42,831 nt of DNA from Gaiellaceae bacterium. Its GTDB lineage: Bacteria > Actinomycetota > Thermoleophilia > Gaiellales > Gaiellaceae. Positions 38,420 to 42,831 of the stretch are shown in pieces; the first letter of the stretch is position 1, and each line of letters begins with the position of its first letter. The notes under the pieces were generated by a model that was not told the DNA's origin, did no database searches, and saw only the letters and a program-made list of their open reading frames with translations. Location of the stretch: positions 1 through 42,831 of the forward strand of contig JBPYFE010000108.1 of assembly GCA_051986525.1 (NCBI GenBank), in the 5' to 3' direction. The position numbers and the translations under genes were made by a program.

Positions 38420-39328
38420 GTGTCCACCCCGGCGATCGAGACTCGCGGTCTCGGCAAGACCTACGGGAAAAGCGTCCGCGCGTTGGCCGGGCTCGACCTG
38501 CGGGTCGAGCGAGGCGAGGTGTTCGGCTATCTCGGCCCGAACGGCGCGGGGAAAAGCACGACGATCCGGCTGCTGCTCGACCTGATCCGCCCGACCGAGG
38601 GACGCGCATCGATCCTCGGCCTCGACGTGCGGAAGGAGAGCGTCGCCGTACGCCGCCGCGTCGGGTACGTGCCGGGGGACCTCCGGCTCGCCGACCGGAT
38701 GACCGCGCGCGAGCAGCTCGACTCGCTCTCGCGCCTGCGCGGCGCGGAGGACGAGGCGCTCCGCGCGGAGCTCTGCGAGCGGCTCCGCGTCGTCCTCGAC
38801 CGGCCGATCCGACAGCTGTCGAAGGGAAACCGGCAGAAGGTTGGCCTCGTCCAGGCATTCATGCACCGGCCCGAGCTGGTCATCCTGGACGAGCCCACGA
38901 GCGGCCTCGATCCGCTGCTCCAGGCGGAGGTGCGGTCGCTCGTCCGCGGGACCGCAGACGGCGGCGGAACGGTCTTCCTGTCCTCGCACTCGCTCGACGA
39001 GGTGCAGCACGTCGCCGACCGCGTCGGCGTGATCCGGGGCGGCGAGCTCGTCGACGTCGACGCGGTCGAGCGCCTTCGCGAGCGCGCGCTGCGCCACGTG
39101 ACGATCGTCTTCGGAGAGCCCGTCGACACGGCTCCGTTCGCGGCGATCGAGAGCGTCCGGGTCGACGGCTCCGACGGCCCGGTCGTCCGGCTCGCCGCGC
39201 CCGAGACCGCCATGGACGCGATCGTCAAGCTCGCCGCCGCTCATCGCGTCGTCGACCTCGTCTCGCAGCCCGCCGACCTCGAAGAGATCTTTCTCGAGCT
39301 CTACTCGGGAGACCGCGTTGCCGGTTGA
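38420..39328 (+). CDS. ABC transporter ATP-binding protein (ABC-2/DrrA-like subfamily)
   Basis: 302-aa ORF with GTG at 38420. Motifs are Walker A (GPNGAGKST), signature (LSKGNRQK), Walker B (LILDEPTSGLD) and H-loop (SSHS). Confidence 0.9.
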   Translation: MSTPAIETRGLGKTYGKSVRALAGLDLRVERGEVFGYLGPNGAGKSTTIRLLLDLIRPTEGRASILGLDVRKESVAVRRRVGYVPGDLRLADRMTAREQLDSLSRLRGAEDEALRAELCERLRVVLDRPIRQLSKGNRQKVGLVQAFMHRPELVILDEPTSGLDPLLQAEVRSLVRGTADGGGTVFLSSHSLDEVQHVADRVGVIRGGELVDVDAVERLRERALRHVTIVFGEPVDTAPFAAIESVRVDGSDGPVVRLAAPETAMDAIVKLAAAHRVVDLVSQPADLEEIFLELYSGDRVAG

Positions 39329-40118
39329 GCTCGTCCGCCGGGGCCTCCTCGACTACCGGCGCGCGCTGCTCGGCTGGTCGCTGGGGGTGATCGGCTACGC
39401 GGCGCTGACGGTCTCGATCTTCCCCTCGATCAAAGGCTCGAGCGCGTTCAAGAACCTGACCGCCAACTATCCGGACGCGCTCAAGTCGATCTTCGGCCTC
39501 CAGGGCGGGAACATCACGACCGGAGCGGGCTACGTCGACGTCGAGCTCTTCAGCCTGATGCTTCCCGTCCTCATCCTCGTGCTGGCGATCGGGGCCGGCG
39601 CCCGCGCGTTCGCGGGCGAGGAAGAGGCAGGGCGGCTCGAGCTCGTGCTGTCGTATCCGGTTCGCCGCGGCGGCGCCGTGCTCGCGAAGGGGATCGCGGT
39701 CGCGGGGGAGGTCGTGCTCGTCTGCGCCGTCGGGTTCGCGGCGCTCGCGGTCCTGAACGGCATCGTCGGGCTCGACCTCTCGATCGGCCGGCTCGCCGGA
39801 GCGTTCGCGGCACTGGCCGCGCTCGGCGTCTTCTACGGCTGGCTCGCGCTCGCGGTCGGCGCCGCGTATCCGAGCCGGACGCTGGCGATCGGCGCCGCTG
39901 CGGCGCTGGCCGCCGCCGCGTATCTCGTCAACGGCCTGCACGCGCTGGCGTCGTGGCTCGACCCGCTGCGCGTCCTGTCGCCGTTCTGGCTCATCGGCCC
40001 CGCGCCGATGCAGAACGGCGTCGACCGGGCCGGCGTGCTCGTCGTCTTCGCGGTCGCGACGGTCGTGCTAGTCGCCGGCTGCTACCTCGCCGAGCGGCGC
40101 GACCTCGAGGCGCCCTGA
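39318..40118 (+). CDS. ABC-2 type transporter permease
   Basis: 266-aa ORF. TTG 39318 overlaps the ATPase gene by 11 nt. It has about 6 TM helices and includes EEEAGRLELVLSYPV, which is typical of ABC-2 permeases. Confidence 0.8.
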   Translation: MPVELVRRGLLDYRRALLGWSLGVIGYAALTVSIFPSIKGSSAFKNLTANYPDALKSIFGLQGGNITTGAGYVDVELFSLMLPVLILVLAIGAGARAFAGEEEAGRLELVLSYPVRRGGAVLAKGIAVAGEVVLVCAVGFAALAVLNGIVGLDLSIGRLAGAFAALAALGVFYGWLALAVGAAYPSRTLAIGAAAALAAAAYLVNGLHALASWLDPLRVLSPFWLIGPAPMQNGVDRAGVLVVFAVATVVLVAGCYLAERRDLEAP

Positions 40119-40119
40119 C

Positions 40120-40743
40120 TTACTCCTCCCAGGGAGGCAGCTCGAGCGCCCGCTCGTACGCAGCCCGGTCGTGGACGGGCTCGCCGTGGGAGACGATCAC
40201 GTGCTCGAACGGAAGCGCGAGCAGGTCGCGCAACGCAGGCAACGCCCGCTGTTCGTGCCAGGGAGCCCCCCAGACGCGCAGCTCGCCGTCACGTTCGGTC
40301 AGCGCGTCGGCGAAGACGAGCGCCCGCTGCTCCGGCAGGTAGACCGGCGTTTCGTTGCGGCCGCGGCCGTCGTAGAGAGCGCGCATTCCGCCGGGAAGCT
40401 CCGTGTCGGGGTAGACGGGCTCGAGCTCGGTCTCGGGAATGTTCTCGCGCCAGAAGAGCTCCGGGCCGTAGGCGCGGGCGCGGTAGCGGCGGACGAACAC
40501 GTCGACGTCGCGCACGTGGTCCGGCTTCAGGATCACCGCGAGCGTCGGCGGCTTCGCGTCGAGCCGCTCCCAGAACTCGCCGTCGTCGGGTGGAGCGAGC
40601 GGGTCGAGCACCGCGACCTCGCCGCCCGTCTCGACGTAGGTCGACGTCACCGGACGCTCCCAGCCGACGTGCGGCGCCCAGTCCGGATGGTCGAGCCGCC
40701 AGATCCAGAGGCCGGGCGCGACGTCGCGGATCTCGGCCGGCAT
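40120..40743 (-). CDS. MBL-fold-like protein with a degenerate metal motif; function unknown
   Basis: 207-aa ORF. ATG 40743 overlaps the RidA stop (ATGA). The layout resembles metallo-beta-lactamase-fold proteins, but KPDHVRD replaces HxHxDH. The functional call is weak. Confidence 0.5.
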   Translation of the reverse strand: MPAEIRDVAPGLWIWRLDHPDWAPHVGWERPVTSTYVETGGEVAVLDPLAPPDDGEFWERLDAKPPTLAVILKPDHVRDVDVFVRRYRARAYGPELFWRENIPETELEPVYPDTELPGGMRALYDGRGRNETPVYLPEQRALVFADALTERDGELRVWGAPWHEQRALPALRDLLALPFEHVIVSHGEPVHDRAAYERALELPPWEE

Positions 40744-41135
40744 CAGCCGCGGACGGCGATCGCGTCGATCTCGATCATGACGTCGTCGCGGAAGAGGCTG
40801 CTCACCTCGACCAGCGTGCTCGCGGGCAGGTGGCGCGTGTCGAGGAACTCGTCTCGCACGGACCGCACCGTCGCCAACGTCGAGACGTCGCGCAGGAAGT
40901 AGTTCAGCTTGACGACGTCGTTCCAGCCGACGCCGGCCGCCTCGAGCGCGGCGGTGAGGTTCGTGAAGACCTGGCGCGTCTGAGCCTGGACATCGCCGGC
41001 GCCGACGAGCTCGCCGCTCGCGTCGAGCGGCACCTGGCCCGAGACGAAGACGATGCTCGAGGCCGGGACCTCGACGACGTGGCTGTAACCGGTCGGGGCC
41101 GGCAGCGAGTCAGGACTGAGTCGCTTGCCGGCCAC
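40743..41135 (-). CDS. RidA/YjgF/L-PSP family enamine/imine deaminase
   Basis: This is the real 3' part of ORF 40743-41684, with GTG at 41135. The 130-aa product contains APTGYSHVVEV, VFVSGQVPLD, VVKLNYFL and IEIDAIAV. Confidence 0.85.
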   Translation of the reverse strand: MAGKRLSPDSLPAPTGYSHVVEVPASSIVFVSGQVPLDASGELVGAGDVQAQTRQVFTNLTAALEAAGVGWNDVVKLNYFLRDVSTLATVRSVRDEFLDTRHLPASTLVEVSSLFRDDVMIEIDAIAVRG

Positions 41136-41152
41136 GACCGAATCGTATGGGT

Positions 41153-42046
41153 CTAGGCGGCGAGGGGAAGCTCGTCGTCGCCGAGCTTCCCGCTCAGGGC
41201 CTCCAGTGCGTGCGCCTCGAGCTGCCGGATCCGCTCGCGGGTCAGGCCGAGCTCCTTGCCGATCGCCTCGAGCGACTGCGGGTCGCCGTCGATGCCGAAC
41301 CGCAGCTCGACGATGCGCCGCTCGCGCTCGGGCAGCTCGGCGAGCGCCTCGCGCACCGCGCGTGCGCGCAGCGCGTCCTCGGCGAGCTCCTCCGGACGGT
41401 CGGCGCCGTCGTCGGCGAACAGTTCGCCGAGCTCGCCGTCGTCGTCTCCGACCGGCGAGTTGAGCGAGACCCGCGCCTCGGGCACGTCCAGCGCCTCCTC
41501 GACGTGGACGAGCGAGAGACCGGTCGCCTTCGCGAGCTCCTCGTTCGTCGGCGGCCGCCCGAGCTCTGGCTCGAGCTTGCGCGCGTGACGGGCGAGCGTC
41601 TGCCGGCGCTCGTTCACGTGCGTCGGCACGCGAATCGTCCGCGCCTGCCCGGCGACGGACCGCTGAACCGCCTGGCGAATCCACCAGGTCGCGTACGTCG
41701 AGAACTTGAAGCCCTTGCGCCAGTCGAACTTCTCGACCGCGCGGTTCAAGCCGATGACGCCGTCCTGGATCAGGTCGCCGAACGGCACGCCGTGACCGCG
41801 GTAGCGCTTGGCGACGTGGACGACGAGCCGGAGGTTCGAGTTGATCATCCGCTCCTTCGCCGCGCGATCGCCACGCTCCACCCGCTTCGCGAGCGCGACC
41901 TCCTCCGCCGCGGTCAGCAGCGGATAACGGCCGATCTCGTTCAGGAAGAGCTGCAGCGAGTCGGTCGTCGCCGCCTCGGCAGGCGTCAGGTCGAGCTCGC
42001 GCTCCTCGTCCTCGTCAAGCAGCGTCTGGATTTCAGGGGATTCCAA
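41153..42046 (-). CDS. RNA polymerase sigma factor, sigma-70 family group 1/2 (RpoD/SigB-like)
   Basis: 297-aa ORF with TTG at 42046. Motifs are region 1.2 (DSLQLFLNEIGRYPLLTA), region 2 (NLRLVVHVAKRY...FGDLIQDGVIGLNRAVEKFDWRKGFKFSTYATWWIRQAV), region 3 (RTIRVPTH) and region 4.2 (LEAIGKELGLTRERIRQLE). Confidence 0.9.
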   Translation of the reverse strand: MESPEIQTLLDEDEERELDLTPAEAATTDSLQLFLNEIGRYPLLTAAEEVALAKRVERGDRAAKERMINSNLRLVVHVAKRYRGHGVPFGDLIQDGVIGLNRAVEKFDWRKGFKFSTYATWWIRQAVQRSVAGQARTIRVPTHVNERRQTLARHARKLEPELGRPPTNEELAKATGLSLVHVEEALDVPEARVSLNSPVGDDDGELGELFADDGADRPEELAEDALRARAVREALAELPERERRIVELRFGIDGDPQSLEAIGKELGLTRERIRQLEAHALEALSGKLGDDELPLAA

Positions 42047-42195
42047 GACAGTGGTGATGGTCGTTCCTTTCCGTAGTGATGAACGGACGGAGCGGCGGGG
42101 GTCGCCAGGGGGAGGGGCTTAGTTACGCCGCTTCCGTCCATGTAATAGAACGACGGCGACGTTCCTGCTATTTCCCGGTTTTCGTTGAGCCGGCG

Positions 42196-42489
42196 TTAAG
42201 TCGCGCGGCCGTCGAGCCAGAGCTGCCAGGGCTCGATCGAGGCGATCCCGAGGATGCCCATCGGCGCCCACGGATCGTCTGCGAAGCGCGCGCGAACGGC
42301 GTCCTCGCTCTCGGCCTCGATCGCGAGCAGCGTCTGCCGCTCGTTGACCGGGCCGCCGATCACGACGAATCCGTCCTCGACGAGCCCGTCCATGAAGGCC
42401 GCGTGCTCGTCCCAGGCGTCCTGCTCGCGGCGGCTCCGGGAGTCGTCGAAGTTGGGCCCGTTCTCCATCCGCACGGCGAAGGTGGGCAT
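42196..42489 (-). CDS. YciI-like family protein
   Basis: This is the real part of ORF 42196-42621, with ATG at 42489. The 97-aa product contains WDEHAAFMDGLVEDGFVVIGGP and DPW, the YCII/DGPF-like pattern. Confidence 0.7.
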   Translation of the reverse strand: MPTFAVRMENGPNFDDSRSRREQDAWDEHAAFMDGLVEDGFVVIGGPVNERQTLLAIEAESEDAVRARFADDPWAPMGILGIASIEPWQLWLDGRAT

Positions 42490-42508
42490 CGGTGCGATCC
42501 TAGCCAGC

Positions 42509-42831
42509 GTGGCGACCCAGATCGTCCTCCTGCGGGGGATCAACCTCGGCCCGCGAAACCGGATCGCGATGCCGGAGCTGCGAGAGGCGCTCGACGAAGC
42601 CGGCTTCGCCGACGTGCGCACGTACGTTCAGAGCGGCAACGTCGTCCTCTCGGCGACGACGAAGCCGGACGCCACACGCCGGAAGATCGAGCGCCTGATC
42701 GCGAAGCGCTTCGGCCTCGAGATCGCGGTCGTCGTGCGGACGAAGGCCGAGCTCGCACGCGTCGTGAAGAAGAATCCGCTCGCCGGCGTGGCGAAGGACC
42801 CGAAGCGCTACCAGGTGAGCTTCCTGGACGG
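42509..42831 (+). CDS. DUF1697 domain protein (3' end outside the window)
   Basis: It is absent from the track because there is no stop inside the window. GTG is at 42509. The translation VATQIVLLRGINLGPRNRIAMPELREALDEAGFADVRTYVQSGNVVL matches the DUF1697 N-terminal signature. Confidence 0.7.
   Translation, partial: MATQIVLLRGINLGPRNRIAMPELREALDEAGFADVRTYVQSGNVVLSATTKPDATRRKIERLIAKRFGLEIAVVVRTKAELARVVKKNPLAGVAKDPKRYQVSFLD

Noticed and set aside
1-42831. A search for CRISPR arrays, tRNA/rRNA genes, transposases, integrases, and prophage or toxin-antitoxin/defence modules.
   Set aside because: There are no regularly spaced direct repeats. The largest non-coding gap is 172 nt and shows no tRNA-like cloverleaf. 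A GGTTCGAA T-loop-like string at ~10458 lies inside a CDS. No ORF has recombinase or transposase motifs. The window looks like core chromosome rather than a mobile island.

Overview
This is a very GC-rich, extremely gene-dense bacterial chromosome segment. GC3-biased codons, frequent GTG/TTG starts, 1-4 nt start/stop overlaps and the gene content look actinobacterial (Thermoleophilia/Rubrobacteria-like), but that is a taxonomic guess only. I saw no rRNA, tRNA, CRISPR array, transposase or integrase. Content from left to right: (1) nt 1-17259 is a cell-envelope glycan locus. It holds a 5'-truncated Wzx-like flippase, several GT4/GT2 glycosyltransferases, and a GT2 + DUF2304 + GT-C (ArnT/PMT-like) triad. 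It also holds a GT4-coiled-coil-methyltransferase fusion, a GT32 enzyme and a degenerate-GT2/sulfotransferase protein that share an unassigned beta-rich module, a UPF0104 flippase-like protein, and a Wzm/Wzt-type ABC exporter whose ATPase has a C-terminal extension. (2) hemE-hemH plus a 90-aa ORF are translationally chained to the exporter. (3) A PolX DNA polymerase. (4) A cofC-cofD-npdG-cofE-DUF6328 (F420) operon. (5) An ~8 kb minus-strand block with MarR, SDR, two MFS permeases fused to cyclic-nucleotide-binding (cNMP) domains, a secreted protein, a PLP decarboxylase fused to a cNMP domain, and an agmatinase. (6) Secreted proteins, a class III-like ADH, a membrane-anchored SARP regulator, an F420_oxidored-family protein, DUF2277, a micro-ORF plus ABC-2 transporter, an MBL-like protein, RidA, a sigma-70 factor, YciI and a 3'-truncated DUF1697 gene. 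The best candidates for something undescribed are: the cNMP-tagged decarboxylase/transporter/agmatinase operon; the apparently end-capped, ABC-exported glycan machinery with unusual fusion proteins; two conserved genes (GT-C and cofE) whose conserved N-termini contain no ATG/GTG/TTG and sit behind CTGAAC junctions; and three convergent gene pairs that share a CTAG double stop. Many long ORFs in the supplied track are GC-driven shadow ORFs and are rejected below.
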